Shown here one piece after another: positions 19,373 to 29,995 of a stretch of DNA of 64,000 nucleotides. The translations under genes and the position numbers were made by a program. This DNA is from an uncultured cyanobacterium. GTDB taxonomy: Bacteria; Cyanobacteriota; Cyanobacteriia; Cyanobacteriales; CAWUOF01. Within the stretch, counting starts at the first letter, position 1, and the number at the start of each line of letters is the position of its first letter. The notes beneath the pieces are model-generated. The model had not been told where the DNA came from. It worked only from the letters and a program-made list of their open reading frames with translations, and made no database searches. The stretch is taken from positions 2,432,001 to 2,496,000 of the forward strand of contig CAVUSO010000001.1 of NCBI GenBank assembly GCA_963744145.1, in the 5' to 3' direction.

Positions 19373-19484
19373 TGAAAGGGAGTAGCTGCTAGCAGAGAAA
19401 ATGCTAGTACATCTGAATCAACATACTGGTATTTTACCTGGTTCAGATGACAAGTTTTCGTCAAACTTGGGAGCGAGACTTTCA
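19373..19484 (+). promoter_or_regulatory. yybP-ykoY (Mn2+) riboswitch
   Basis: TGAAAGGGAGTAGC...TCAACATAC...GCGAGACTTTCA with P1 pairing TGAAAG/CTTTCA, upstream of a GDT1-family gene. Confidence 0.85.
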
Positions 19485-19573
19485 CTAAGTTCGTAAACAT
19501 GATACGAGCTTGGTGAGGTTTCGTCAATCTCATCAAGCTCTATTAGCAAGATATCAAAGGGGAGTTTGATGAG

Positions 19574-20200
19574 ATGTTAGCTGCTTTTACCGCTTCTTTA
19601 TTATTAATAACTATTTCCGAATTAGGTGATAAAACTTTTTTTATTGCTGTAATTCTCGCCATGCGTAATTCGCGACGTTTGGTATTTCTTGCTGTAATTG
19701 CTGCTTTAGTAGCGATGACATTGTTATCAGTAGGAATGGGACAATTTCTCGCTTTAATGCCCAAAATTTATATCCATTGGGGAGAAGTAAGTTTGTTTTT
19801 GGGTTTTGGGCTAAAACTACTTTATGATGCTAGTAAAATGTCTGACTCAACTGGAGCAGTAGGAGAAAAAGAAGCAGAAATCATGGTAGAGGAATGTGAT
19901 CAAGAAAAAAATCAGTTCTGGTTACAATTTCCCCAGGTTGGTTTTTTATGTCAAGCATTTTTGATGACTTTTATTGCGGAATGGGGCGATCGGACTCAAA
20001 TTAGTACCGTTGCACTAGCTGCTAGTTATGAACCTATTAGTGTGATCAGTGGTTCAATTTTAGGACATAGCATTTGTACTGCGATCGCTGTGATTGGTGG
20101 ACGTTTAATTGCTGGACATATTTCGGAACGCATCGTCACTGCGGTGGGTGGTTTCTTGTTCTTGATTTTTGGTATAGTTACTCTAGTTCAAAACAATTAA
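19574..20200 (+). CDS. TMEM165/GDT1 (UPF0016) Mn2+ exporter, Mnx/PAM71-like
   Basis: Two EXGD(K/R)T motifs: ELGDKT and EWGDRTQ. Confidence 0.93.
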   Translation: MLAAFTASLLLITISELGDKTFFIAVILAMRNSRRLVFLAVIAALVAMTLLSVGMGQFLALMPKIYIHWGEVSLFLGFGLKLLYDASKMSDSTGAVGEKEAEIMVEECDQEKNQFWLQFPQVGFLCQAFLMTFIAEWGDRTQISTVALAASYEPISVISGSILGHSICTAIAVIGGRLIAGHISERIVTAVGGFLFLIFGIVTLVQNN

Positions 20201-20293
20201 AACCTGAGCATTATCCTTCCGGTATCGTAGGAATACAGGAAGGATAGGAGAGCGATTCGGTATAAATATAATCACAAAAATTTGTGGTAAATC

Positions 20294-21340
20294 TTAAAAA
20301 CTGCCAAACATTTCTGCTAACATTTCTTCCATCATTTTTTGGTGCATTTCACGGAGAACAGGTGGACCTTTAAGAAATTCTTTAATCGTCATTTTCTGTT
20401 CTCGAAACTCCTGAATAAAATCACGAATCTCGCTCGCAAACTTCACTTTAGCTTCCAGTTCTTTATCAATCTCTGCTAGGATATCAATTCCTAGTTTAGA
20501 TGCTTTACGAGCATCAGCAACTAATGCACCTTCTGGGGTATTTTTCACCAGTCTTAATTCCCGTTTCAGGTTCTCTGATTGAGTTTTTAAGATGGCATTT
20601 TGCTCTTCTAAGCGATTACATTGTCTGGCTAAATCATCTTCATTATTATGATCGATAGATTCTCCTAAATTATGTTTACGTTCAATTTCTAATAATTTGG
20701 CTATATCTCCTTCTTGATAAGCTTTATTAATTTCTTTCATAATCTCAGTATGACGCATCTGAGTTTCACTATCGGTTACGCGATCGGGGTGAAAAATTTC
20801 CGCTAATTTGAGAAATGTCTGACGAACTTTTCGTGATGACTCACTTTTACCCACAGCCTCATATTCATTTTCCGGTCTGTCTCGATGATAATAATATCCC
20901 TGTTTCTGCTGTTGATCATAAAACTCTTTTTCCCCTTCTTCATCTTCAAACAGTTGATCTAATTCCGGATCTTCATCCGGATCTTCATCTGGTTCACTAA
21001 TCACCTCGATTAACTGGAGATTGCGATAAACTGATTCAATATTTTTTTGGGTTTGTTTACCAAACTTTCTGGTTGCAAAAATTTCCTTGAATAAATTATG
21101 GATTTCTCGGTCGATCGCTGCCATTTTTTCCATACTAGGAGCAGCTCGATGAAACATTTGTGTCGCTAAAGAACGCAGCTGGGAAACAAAATTATCGAGT
21201 TCTGTTTGTTTCTTTTTAATCTGTTTGATCAGAGTGTTATGTTCTTTTTCTAGCGCTGCTAAACGGAGATGAAGCTCAGAAAGAGCTAGGGGTTGTGTTG
21301 AAGCAGCTTTCGGGACAGGTGGGACTCGACGACGGGGCAT
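20294..21340 (-). CDS. Coiled-coil protein with an internal J-domain
   Basis: KVRQTFLKLAEIFHPDR...MKEINKAY (HPD motif). Confidence 0.85.
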   Translation of the reverse strand: MPRRRVPPVPKAASTQPLALSELHLRLAALEKEHNTLIKQIKKKQTELDNFVSQLRSLATQMFHRAAPSMEKMAAIDREIHNLFKEIFATRKFGKQTQKNIESVYRNLQLIEVISEPDEDPDEDPELDQLFEDEEGEKEFYDQQQKQGYYYHRDRPENEYEAVGKSESSRKVRQTFLKLAEIFHPDRVTDSETQMRHTEIMKEINKAYQEGDIAKLLEIERKHNLGESIDHNNEDDLARQCNRLEEQNAILKTQSENLKRELRLVKNTPEGALVADARKASKLGIDILAEIDKELEAKVKFASEIRDFIQEFREQKMTIKEFLKGPPVLREMHQKMMEEMLAEMFGSF

Positions 21341-21467
21341 AATCAAAAATCAGTAGTTTTTAGGTGAAAAGTGGTCAAAATTTTAGCTAATCTCATGACT
21401 TTGCGTGATTATACCATAATTAGCTTGCCAAAACACAACTTATCTAGGAGCATCTAGTAACTGTTTG

Positions 21468-21605
21468 ATACCAATTTAATGTGAAGTTGCACAAATTTAG
21501 AATCCCCCTAAATCCCCCTGAAAAAGGGGGACTTTTAATTCTGGCTCCCCCTTTTTCAGGGGGTTGGGGGGATCAATTCTATGCAGATTCATCAAAAATT
21601 GGTAT
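21468..21605. repeat. MITE-like element with terminal inverted repeats and an internal CCCCC/GGGGG hairpin
   Basis: ATACCAATTT...AAATTGGTAT ends; internal CCCCCTGAAAAAGGGGG/CCCCCTTTTTCAGGGGG. Confidence 0.65.
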
Positions 21606-21631
21606 GAGCCAACAGCTATTAAGTGATCTGA

Positions 21632-23482
21632 TCACAACTTTGGTTGAATGGGAATTTCAATGATAAATTGAGCCCCTGTACCAGGTTGAGAAATACATTC
21701 TAATTTTCCACCATGTTTTTCGACAATAATTTGATAACTGGTTGCTAATCCTAATCCCTTTCCCTGTCCGACTTCTTTAGTCGTAAAAAAAGGATCAAAT
21801 AAACGGTGCTTAATATTCTCCTGAATTCCTGGTCCATTATCAGTAATAATGATTCTGACTTGTTCCTCTGCTATCACTTCCGTACTAATTGAAATAGTGG
21901 GTTTTTGGCGATCGCCTATTTCTATTTTTTCCTCCAAAGCATCGATCGCATTATTCAGGATGTGCATAAATACTTGGTTTAAATGTCCCGGATAACATTG
22001 GACTGTCGGCAAATTTCCATATTCTTTATTAATGGTAATTTCCCCTCGTTCAGGTTGTGCTTTCAGTCGATGTTTTAATAAAACTAAAGTGCTTTCAATC
22101 CCAGCATGAATATCGACTTCCTTATATTCGGATTCATTGAAACGGGCAAAATTACTGAGCGATCGCACTATTTCGCTAATCCGTTCTGCTCCCACCTGCA
22201 TTGAATCTAGCATTTTTGGCAAATCTTGCTTGATAAAATCCAGATTAATATTTTCTAATTCTGCTTGAATATCTGGTCCTGGTTCCGGATAATATTTACC
22301 GTATAGTTGCAATAAATGAAGCATTTCTTGCAAATATTGACTAGCATATTTAATATTACCATAAATAAAACTGACTGGGTTATTAATTTCGTGAGCAACC
22401 CCAGCTACTACCTGTCCTAGACTGGACATTTTTTCCGTTTGAATTAATTGGGTTTGGGTAGTTTTTAAATCTCGCAAAGCTTGAGTTAGCTTTTGATTTT
22501 TTAATCGTAAAGCTTCTTCGGCTGCTTTGGCACGAGTAATATCATTATTAATTTCTAAAATTGCACAGGGATTTCCCATTTCATCTCGTTGGAGTGTCCA
22601 ACGACTAGCAACGGTAATTCTGGTTCCGTCTCGTTTACTATGAATCAGTTCTCCAGTCCAATAACCATTCTGCGTTAATAGCGCTTTTATTTCCTCGATT
22701 GGTTGCAAAAATTCTGTTTGTAAAAAAGTATGTACATATTGATCAAGAGCTTCAGCTCGATGCCAATCATAAAGCCTTTCTGCACCACTATTCCAGTAAG
22801 TAATCCTGTAGTTAAGATCCAAAATCATAATCGTATCATTAGCCAGATCCAACATTTGCGCGTGTTTGCGTAATGTCTTTTCTGCTTGAGTGCGATCGCG
22901 AATCTCCTGGAGTAATGTATCATTTAGATATTTTAGTTCAGTCGAACGTTTTTCAAACTGCTTTTCTAACTGATCATAAGCTTTGTGTAAAGCTGCTTCT
23001 GAGAGTTGACAATAACTGAGAAATTCTGAGAAAATCATCAACCCACCCACCTCACCAACACTGTTGTACCATGGCTTAATTTCTCCTTTGACTAAATAAG
23101 TGTTACCATTAAAACATCTGAGTAGCTCAATTTCCCAAGTTTGGATTTCTCCTGTCAACCCCAGGGTCATAATTTTTTCCCACTGTTCCTTTAAATCGGG
23201 AAATAATTCATCATGAGATCGACCAATTACATCTTCCCAGGAAAGTTGATAATCCAACAACCACCGCGGACTTACCACCAAATAACGGAACTGTCGATTC
23301 AACATTGCTACTGGTGCAGAAATTGATTCGACAAACTGACATAATTGCGTTTCCCATAATTCTGCTATCATTGATAATGAAGGCATATAGCTATAGCTTG
23401 CTCCTGTTGTGATTGGAGTTTGGACTTGTGGCGGTTGGGCGATCGCTAGCACTGGTGATGACAGGGAAAAATGTCTCTGCAT
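21632..23482 (-). CDS. Cytoplasmic PAS-PAS sensor histidine kinase
   Basis: Two PAS regions; H-box AHEINNP, N-box NAIDA, DNGPG, FFTTK, GKGLGL. Confidence 0.93.
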   Translation of the reverse strand: MQRHFSLSSPVLAIAQPPQVQTPITTGASYSYMPSLSMIAELWETQLCQFVESISAPVAMLNRQFRYLVVSPRWLLDYQLSWEDVIGRSHDELFPDLKEQWEKIMTLGLTGEIQTWEIELLRCFNGNTYLVKGEIKPWYNSVGEVGGLMIFSEFLSYCQLSEAALHKAYDQLEKQFEKRSTELKYLNDTLLQEIRDRTQAEKTLRKHAQMLDLANDTIMILDLNYRITYWNSGAERLYDWHRAEALDQYVHTFLQTEFLQPIEEIKALLTQNGYWTGELIHSKRDGTRITVASRWTLQRDEMGNPCAILEINNDITRAKAAEEALRLKNQKLTQALRDLKTTQTQLIQTEKMSSLGQVVAGVAHEINNPVSFIYGNIKYASQYLQEMLHLLQLYGKYYPEPGPDIQAELENINLDFIKQDLPKMLDSMQVGAERISEIVRSLSNFARFNESEYKEVDIHAGIESTLVLLKHRLKAQPERGEITINKEYGNLPTVQCYPGHLNQVFMHILNNAIDALEEKIEIGDRQKPTISISTEVIAEEQVRIIITDNGPGIQENIKHRLFDPFFTTKEVGQGKGLGLATSYQIIVEKHGGKLECISQPGTGAQFIIEIPIQPKL

Positions 23483-23630
23483 AAATTAAAAAAAGAAATT
23501 ATTAAATAATTATAAAATCAATTTTTCTTAATGACTATGCTGGTGAGATTTTATTTATTTATTAAATAGATAAATTGGCTGAAGTTATTTATCCGTATTT
23601 TTACGATCATGTTTAAGCTCACCAACTAAA

Positions 23631-25070
23631 TTAGATGAGTAGATCACTTAACTTGGGGCCAAGGAATCTGGCGATCGGCCCCAAATAGTTGGCCACAGCC
23701 GCTGCCCCATCACGATTGAGATGACTAGGATCAGCAAAAAATTCATTACGAGCTAGATCAGGGAAATTAAGATCGCGGAACAGAAACCCTTTTACCTGGG
23801 ATTGGTGCTGCATATATTCACGAAATTGTTGTTCGTAGCGATCGCGTACTGGATCTAAATATTCCTTAGTCAAGGGTAAATTGACAAAAACTAAAGGGAT
23901 GTGATGTTCTCTAGTAAAAGTAACCAGAGATGTTAAAGCAGTTTCTTGTTTACCACCGAGAGAAAAAGCAGCATAATCTCGATCATAACGCCCAGGAACT
24001 TTAGCATAGTAGTGAAAATAAGTATCAGGATTAAACCGATTGTTGACCGACATAAATCCATTGCCATCGATCGCATTAGCAGCATCAGAAAAAGCGTGCA
24101 AAACTAAGGATGGATTAGCCGTAATCTGGGAGACCAGGAACTCACCAAATAGCCATTTAGAATTAAGAAGTTTCTGCTTTAATTTGGGAATATTAGTAAT
24201 ATTTGTCGGCTGAATACTTTGTCGATATAAAGTAGTACAAGCATCTTGATGGAGATTTTCATTTGGTAGAACTGGACGCACTCCTGCTAATAAGCGTTGA
24301 TAACCAGGAGAATTCGCGATCGCGCTAAAAGTTCGATCTACCCTACCATTATTAAAAGCACGGGAACCATCAGCCCAGACAATCAATTTTGGTAACTGTG
24401 CGGGAGTTAAAAGTTGTCTAATCAGAAAGTCTACCACCTGAGCAGTAGCACCATTTATCCCAAAATTAAAAATTTTCAAGTCCCCATTTCCTTGAACTGT
24501 CAAAGTTTGATGTAAATATTGAGGATTAACTCCTTGTAATCCCCGGGAACTACCAACAATCAGCACATCTGGCGGTCCCATAGCAGCTAGGTAAGATAAA
24601 TAAAGAACCACTTGCTCATCGAGTAACTCACTATCAAAAGAAGGCAAAAAAAACTGAGTCCGAGTCACATTAGCTTTTTGTTGAGCGATGGTGAGGTAAT
24701 TCATATATTCCATCACTTTTTTTTGAGCAAAAATGCGTTGGGGACTAACGGTAGGAATCGATTGCAGTTTTTCAATTAATTGCAACCAACCGATCGCGAT
24801 CCGATTCCAATCTTCCTGGGATTTAGCTGTTTGAGTCATAATTGCTAAATTTAGACCTTGATCTAATTTTTCAGACAATCCCTCTTCAGAAGATCCACAT
24901 TGAACAGACTTTCCGGAACCAAAGAGCGAACTGGTTTTGACTAAGGTTTCAGTTTGCCTATTGCTCGAGCTACTTGGCTGCCATGATCTGATCTCTGAAC
25001 AACCAGTAGCTAGAGAAATAATGAACAGCGCGATCGCGATCGGAGGAGATACTAAACCTGATCTAGACAT
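23631..25070 (-). CDS. Lipoprotein with SGNH-like (DUF1574-type) domain
   Basis: Lipobox ATGC, VGSSR, NFGINGA, FADPSHLN. Confidence 0.75.
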   Translation of the reverse strand: MSRSGLVSPPIAIALFIISLATGCSEIRSWQPSSSSNRQTETLVKTSSLFGSGKSVQCGSSEEGLSEKLDQGLNLAIMTQTAKSQEDWNRIAIGWLQLIEKLQSIPTVSPQRIFAQKKVMEYMNYLTIAQQKANVTRTQFFLPSFDSELLDEQVVLYLSYLAAMGPPDVLIVGSSRGLQGVNPQYLHQTLTVQGNGDLKIFNFGINGATAQVVDFLIRQLLTPAQLPKLIVWADGSRAFNNGRVDRTFSAIANSPGYQRLLAGVRPVLPNENLHQDACTTLYRQSIQPTNITNIPKLKQKLLNSKWLFGEFLVSQITANPSLVLHAFSDAANAIDGNGFMSVNNRFNPDTYFHYYAKVPGRYDRDYAAFSLGGKQETALTSLVTFTREHHIPLVFVNLPLTKEYLDPVRDRYEQQFREYMQHQSQVKGFLFRDLNFPDLARNEFFADPSHLNRDGAAAVANYLGPIARFLGPKLSDLLI

Positions 25071-25080
25071 AAAAATTTGA

Positions 25081-25545
25081 TCAATTTGGTGAAATCGGAC
25101 GTAATCGTGATACCTTAAGAGTGAATTTACCAACACCAGTTTCACCAAAAGCTCGGACACGAACTATATAAGTACCAGTCTTGATAATCCGAGCAAATAA
25201 CAAAGAATTAGTTGTGCCATCTGGACCATCATCATTTTCACCAACGGTCGAGCCATCACTAGCAATCAGGGTCACCATCGTATCAAAGTTGTCAGAAGTT
25301 AAATCGATCGCTACTTGGTCTCCTGCTTCTAACTCAACCGAGTAGTCTCGGGCAAAACCACCTTGACCCGTCGGAATATCTTTGTCCGACAGAGTATCCG
25401 TGATCTGATTAGTAGATGGTAAGGGAATCGGTTTATATAACTGAACTTGAGCATTAGCGATCGCTGGGAACAGACTAAACGCTAACCAAGTAATCGGAAT
25501 AAAAAGCGCCAAAGCCACTTTAGTTTTAAACAAGTGAGTCATCAA
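25081..25545 (-). CDS. Secreted PPC (pre-peptidase C-terminal) domain protein
   Basis: Signal peptide; ENDDG...NSLL...GTYIVRV...GKFTL. Confidence 0.85.
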   Translation of the reverse strand: MMTHLFKTKVALALFIPITWLAFSLFPAIANAQVQLYKPIPLPSTNQITDTLSDKDIPTGQGGFARDYSVELEAGDQVAIDLTSDNFDTMVTLIASDGSTVGENDDGPDGTTNSLLFARIIKTGTYIVRVRAFGETGVGKFTLKVSRLRPISPN

Positions 25546-25787
25546 AATATGGATATTCCCATGAATGAGGATAATTGATCAATTCTGCCATAATGATCGA
25601 GAATTAATTAGCCGTTAACATTTAACCAATTTTTTGGCTACTTGTGTCAACCTGGTCAGAGATTGGCTATTAATGATCAGGTCTAACGTCCCAATATGAT
25701 TCAAATCATAATTTAAACTAATATCTAGACCAAAGGGAAGGTTTTTCCCTCAATGAGAGTAATTAGTTGGGAGCGATCGGGTATATT

Positions 25788-25905
25788 GACCTCTCCCCCA
25801 GCCCCTCTCCTAAAAGGAAAGGGGAGCAAGAATGATCTTTCTCCCCCTTCCCCCCTAGGAAAGGGGGTTAGGGGGTTAGGTGTGACCGTGAGCGTAGTCG
25901 AACGG
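25788..25905. repeat. Cyanobacterial CCCC/GGGG palindromic repeat; related copies at ~38272-38313, ~55091-55108 and ~57975-58016
   Basis: GACCTCTCCCCCAGCCCCTCTCC...GGGGAG...GGGGGTTAGGGGGTTAGG. Confidence 0.75.
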
Positions 25906-26153
25906 TTTTTCCGTTGATGATGGGATGATCCCAATTTCCGCTCATTAGCATTACAGATAACTTATATAGACTATCTGTAGTCATAATTATCAGAATTGGT
26001 ATTAAACTAGATTTTTACCTTTCTTGTCGCAGACTCCAGTGATCAGAAAATTAATTATTTTTTAAGTTTTCGCCTATAATAAACATAACTTAGTCATATA
26101 ATATTGTTAAACGACTAATTTTTAACAGATAAAAGTGGATAATTTTACTAAAA

Positions 26154-27572
26154 ATGATAGACATTGACTGGGGTTCAATACTTGATTCAATTCCACCAAA
26201 TTCTGAAGAAGCAATAGTTTCAGAAAAATTTGTCAGACCTCTGATAGAATCACTTGGATTTAGTAGTGAAGAATGGCGGCCCCAATTTCAAACAGATGCT
26301 GGTCCTGTAGATTTTGCTGCCCGCAAAAACGATGGTGATAATTATTTTTTAAACTCTAAGGAAAACCCTGATTTATTGATCGAAGTAAAGGGGCAAGCTA
26401 GGACAAATAAAACTGGGATAATTTCTAAGATTAATCTGGCTGAAAATACTCCACAATATAAAGAGGCAAAAGATCAAATTAAAAGATATTTGCTTGCACC
26501 TAAATGTAAAAAAGCTCAATGGGGGATTATAACTAATTCAATTCATATCCAACTGTTTCGACGACATGGTAATGTGGTTATTCCTGCCACCCCTAGTGAA
26601 TTAATTAAAAAAGATAATATAATTCAAATTATTACTAAAATAAAAAACCTTATTGATCATCCTCCTCAAGCTTTAACAATTTGTTTATATAATGATAAAG
26701 GAGGAGTAGGAAAAACCACTACAACCATAAATCTTGCATCAATATTACGAACATTTAAAAAAAATGTCCTAGTAGTTGATTTTGATGGACAGCAAAGAGA
26801 TTTAACTGATTCCCTTGATTTAAAAGAGTCTGCTGTAACCCTTTCTGAGTGTTTAATTAATGAAAAAATAGATACTCATAAAGCAATTCAACCATTTATT
26901 TGGAAGGATAAAAAAGGACGGAAGTTTAAAATTTTTGATGTGATCCCATCTGATCGTGATCTAGTAAACTTTACAGACCAAAATAAACTAGCTCAAGTAG
27001 AAGAACAATCCGCAAGATTAAAAAACTTACTGAAAACCTTTCTTAATGAATACGACTATATCTTGATCGATAGTCCACCGGGATGGACTTTTTTTAGTCA
27101 AAGCTGTGTATTTGCGGCTGATGTAGTCCTAATACCGACAAAACATGATAATTTCAGCTCTCTCAAAAATGCAGCTAAAGTGATTAAAGAACTTATACCT
27201 GAAGTCCAAAAAGAAAGACTTAAAATATATGGTGAACCTTTACCAGTACCTTTACCAATCTTTTTTAATGAACATGATGTCAGTTCTGCTTCAATTGCAA
27301 GAACACATCATGAAATTAAACAATTAATTACAATTAAAGAAGAGAAAGGAAAAAAAGGAGAGAAAATAGAAAAACTTATTGATGATCCAGATTTACGTCC
27401 TTACTACTACCCAAAAGATAAAAACGGAGATTATGATAGATATATATTCTCTATTCCTGCATATAAAGTAGTAGCGAGTTCTGCATTTATTAGATCACCT
27501 GCGGTTCTAATAAATCAAAATGCTCGTAAATGTTATGAAGAATTAGCTAAGGAGTATTTTTTATATGAGTAA
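26154..27572 (+). CDS. HsdR-N-like PD-(D/E)XK nuclease fused to a ParA/Soj ATPase
   Basis: N-terminal PVDF...LIEVKG...QIKRY...WGIITN; C-terminal KGGVGKTT, VVDFDGQ, YILIDSPP. Confidence 0.88.
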   Translation: MIDIDWGSILDSIPPNSEEAIVSEKFVRPLIESLGFSSEEWRPQFQTDAGPVDFAARKNDGDNYFLNSKENPDLLIEVKGQARTNKTGIISKINLAENTPQYKEAKDQIKRYLLAPKCKKAQWGIITNSIHIQLFRRHGNVVIPATPSELIKKDNIIQIITKIKNLIDHPPQALTICLYNDKGGVGKTTTTINLASILRTFKKNVLVVDFDGQQRDLTDSLDLKESAVTLSECLINEKIDTHKAIQPFIWKDKKGRKFKIFDVIPSDRDLVNFTDQNKLAQVEEQSARLKNLLKTFLNEYDYILIDSPPGWTFFSQSCVFAADVVLIPTKHDNFSSLKNAAKVIKELIPEVQKERLKIYGEPLPVPLPIFFNEHDVSSASIARTHHEIKQLITIKEEKGKKGEKIEKLIDDPDLRPYYYPKDKNGDYDRYIFSIPAYKVVASSAFIRSPAVLINQNARKCYEELAKEYFLYE

Positions 27573-28395
27573 ATTTGATAATATCGGTCAATTAATGTAT
27601 TTGCAACTGGAAAAGATTGATCCTGGAATTGAGCCTAAATCTCATGGTGAAGTTAGAATTACTGAATCTGAATTCATCTTGGAAGCAGCGATCGAATCTG
27701 TCAAGCAAGCTGAAGGTCATAACTGGATTCCTCTGATCGTTCAACAAATTGAAAATAGGTATCAACTTGTCTGCAATCAGTTTGTCTATACTGTAATGCT
27801 GAGAGCCAACTTTGAGAGAGCTTGGTGTATTGTAATCGACCCAGATCAGAAAAATATTGAACAAGCTAAAATTCTCTCAAAAGAAACCGTTCCCAAGGTA
27901 AATCTTTGTACTGCATCTAAAAAAACTATTGAATTAGGTCTAAAGTTTTTACGTGATGAACCTGCAAGTCCATTAAAAGATCTAAAAGATATTGATGTGA
28001 TTAAGATAGCTAATAGTATGATGCAGGCAAATCGAAAAACTTGGGAAAATTTTACTCCGATTATTGCGTTGAAATGTGGAATTGCTAAAGGTAAAAAGTT
28101 AGATGCTTTAGCTAAAGTATTCTATATTGATCCACCGGAAAAAATCATTATCCCACCAGCTCCATTGGTTTTAAGTATTAAAAAAGCTTCTTATGATGAA
28201 GTGGTGGAAAGGATTAGTTATTTATCAACTTATAAAATTGGTGGTTTTGATCAAGTTGATGTTGAAAAAGTATCTGAGGCAATATTCACAGCTACTAAGA
28301 GTAAGTGGAAATCGTTAAACCCGATCGCCAAGCTTGATTGTGGGATTGAAACTGCTGCACAAATAAAAATCCTCAAGAGCGTCTTTACACTTTGA
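27565..28395 (+). CDS. ParB/Srx-like N-terminal domain plus two ComEA-like HhH repeats
   Basis: NWIPLIVQQIENRYQLV (ParB-N-like); repeats KVNLCTAS...W....PI..LKCGI...VFYI and VLSIKKAS...W....PI..LDCGI...VFTL; 8-bp overlap with the upstream gene. Confidence 0.65.
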   Translation: MSKFDNIGQLMYLQLEKIDPGIEPKSHGEVRITESEFILEAAIESVKQAEGHNWIPLIVQQIENRYQLVCNQFVYTVMLRANFERAWCIVIDPDQKNIEQAKILSKETVPKVNLCTASKKTIELGLKFLRDEPASPLKDLKDIDVIKIANSMMQANRKTWENFTPIIALKCGIAKGKKLDALAKVFYIDPPEKIIIPPAPLVLSIKKASYDEVVERISYLSTYKIGGFDQVDVEKVSEAIFTATKSKWKSLNPIAKLDCGIETAAQIKILKSVFTL

Positions 28396-28467
28396 TGGCG
28401 ATCGCTAGCGTGATTTTAGCGATCAAATTGCGATCGCCCCAAAATTACTGATTTTAGACCAGATGAA

Positions 28468-29412
28468 CTAACTATTCAAAAACTGATTAGGATCAATTCC
28501 TGATTCATGCAATCGTTGGAGCAACTCGGCTAACTTTGATTCGGCTTGTTCAGCCCTCAGACGTTCTTGTTCGGCCCGTTGTTGTTCTCGTTCAGCCCGA
28601 AGTTGTTCTTGTTGGGCTCTCAGACGTTCTTGTTGGACAAGCTGACGTTCTTGTTCAGTTTCCGTCAGAATCCAATTACCATTTTCATCATACCAGCGTA
28701 GCCATAATCGCTCTAACCCCTGATATTCTCCTTGCCATCGACCTAATCCTAACCCTAATTCCTCAATCCATCCACCCTGGGCTTCTAGCTCCCATTCCTG
28801 ATAATGTCCCCCGATTAATCGAAATGCTCTCAGTTCATTGGTATAACGGTTGAATGCAAAATAGTAAGGAATGCGTAAGATTTGCTCATACACTTCCCAC
28901 TTCCTCGGTGGTTTCTGTTTTCTGTCTATGTTCAAGCCATTCCCTGCTCCCAATTCATCTTTTCGAGACAATTGCTCTAAATTACCCTCACCTAAATCTT
29001 CCTGTTCTGTTCCTGGTGAGAGTAATTCTACCACTACTAAGGGATTGACCCCTTCTTGCCACACTACATAAGAAAGACGCAAATCAACTTCATCATAAAA
29101 GCGCGATACACCCACTACTCCAAACCAATCGGGTCGTTTGTACCAGAGGGGATGACGCACATCATAGTAAAGATTCATATCGCTGGCACTAAATACTTGG
29201 GAACTGGGGTATTTAGTCGGGCGAAAAGTCTGACTTAAAAATTGAGGTTGCCAATCATGAAATTCATCGGGCAAACCAGGTTCCTCCGGGTTTTCACTAG
29301 GTAGATCATACATGGTGGGGAGCGTTTCTCGCGGGGGAGCCGGAGGATCTTGTTGGGGAACTGGATAGGGAAAGGGAAACATGAGTTCAGAGATGGCTGA
29401 TGTCATAGTCAT
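28468..29412 (-). CDS. Uma2 (DUF820) family PD-(D/E)XK protein with coiled-coil tail
   Basis: LPTMYDLPSE.PEEPGLPDEFH, RPDWF, VVELLSP, QERLRAE repeats. Confidence 0.9.
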   Translation of the reverse strand: MTMTSAISELMFPFPYPVPQQDPPAPPRETLPTMYDLPSENPEEPGLPDEFHDWQPQFLSQTFRPTKYPSSQVFSASDMNLYYDVRHPLWYKRPDWFGVVGVSRFYDEVDLRLSYVVWQEGVNPLVVVELLSPGTEQEDLGEGNLEQLSRKDELGAGNGLNIDRKQKPPRKWEVYEQILRIPYYFAFNRYTNELRAFRLIGGHYQEWELEAQGGWIEELGLGLGRWQGEYQGLERLWLRWYDENGNWILTETEQERQLVQQERLRAQQEQLRAEREQQRAEQERLRAEQAESKLAELLQRLHESGIDPNQFLNS

Positions 29413-29995
29413 TATAACTTGAAAATTCTCAGCGAGCAGTTAGCATAGACTATTTGACCTATGAGTTATAAAAAAGAAGTTTTAACAATTTGCTTTTTCT
29501 CCGACTTTTCTTCGATTTTCTCAAGTTGAGAACGGGAGTTCAAAAATTCTTCAAATAACTCAAAAAATGATGGATGTTATGATTTAGCGAATATATTTGA
29601 TGATTGGAGAAAAAAGGAAAAATATCTTAGAGACGAAACTTACAGGTTATTTAGAGAAAAAGGAAGGGTCGAATTTCTCTTTATAGTGCGATCGCATCAA
29701 TTAAGTTAATGTGCGATCGTGTTCTTACTTAAGCTTCAAACAGATAAAGTATGACCAACACTGTTCATAAATTTAATTACAGAGATCAAATAATGTTGAT
29801 TGCTTGCTTGCTAAAATGGCGCAAATTTGTCAATTGCTCCGAGAAGGGAGAAAAAACTCATTAGAGAAATTGGAAAAATGGAACCGATTGAGCTGGTCTA
29901 AGAGTCTAAAAAGCTGCGGAGATAGAATGGGGCTGACTATTCTAGCTCAAGCTGAAATGGATTCTATAATCATGACCTCTATCAGGTAGAAAAAC

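Noticed and set aside
19330..19536. 68-aa minus-strand ORF
   Set aside because: Antisense to the yybP-ykoY riboswitch; no protein features.
21481..21663. 60-aa ORF (also 25725-25934 and 31561-31776)
   Set aside because: Translations of palindromic repeat elements.
29430..29990. Short open frames between the Uma2 and lectin genes
   Set aside because: No start/RBS or recognisable motif; possibly decayed sequence.
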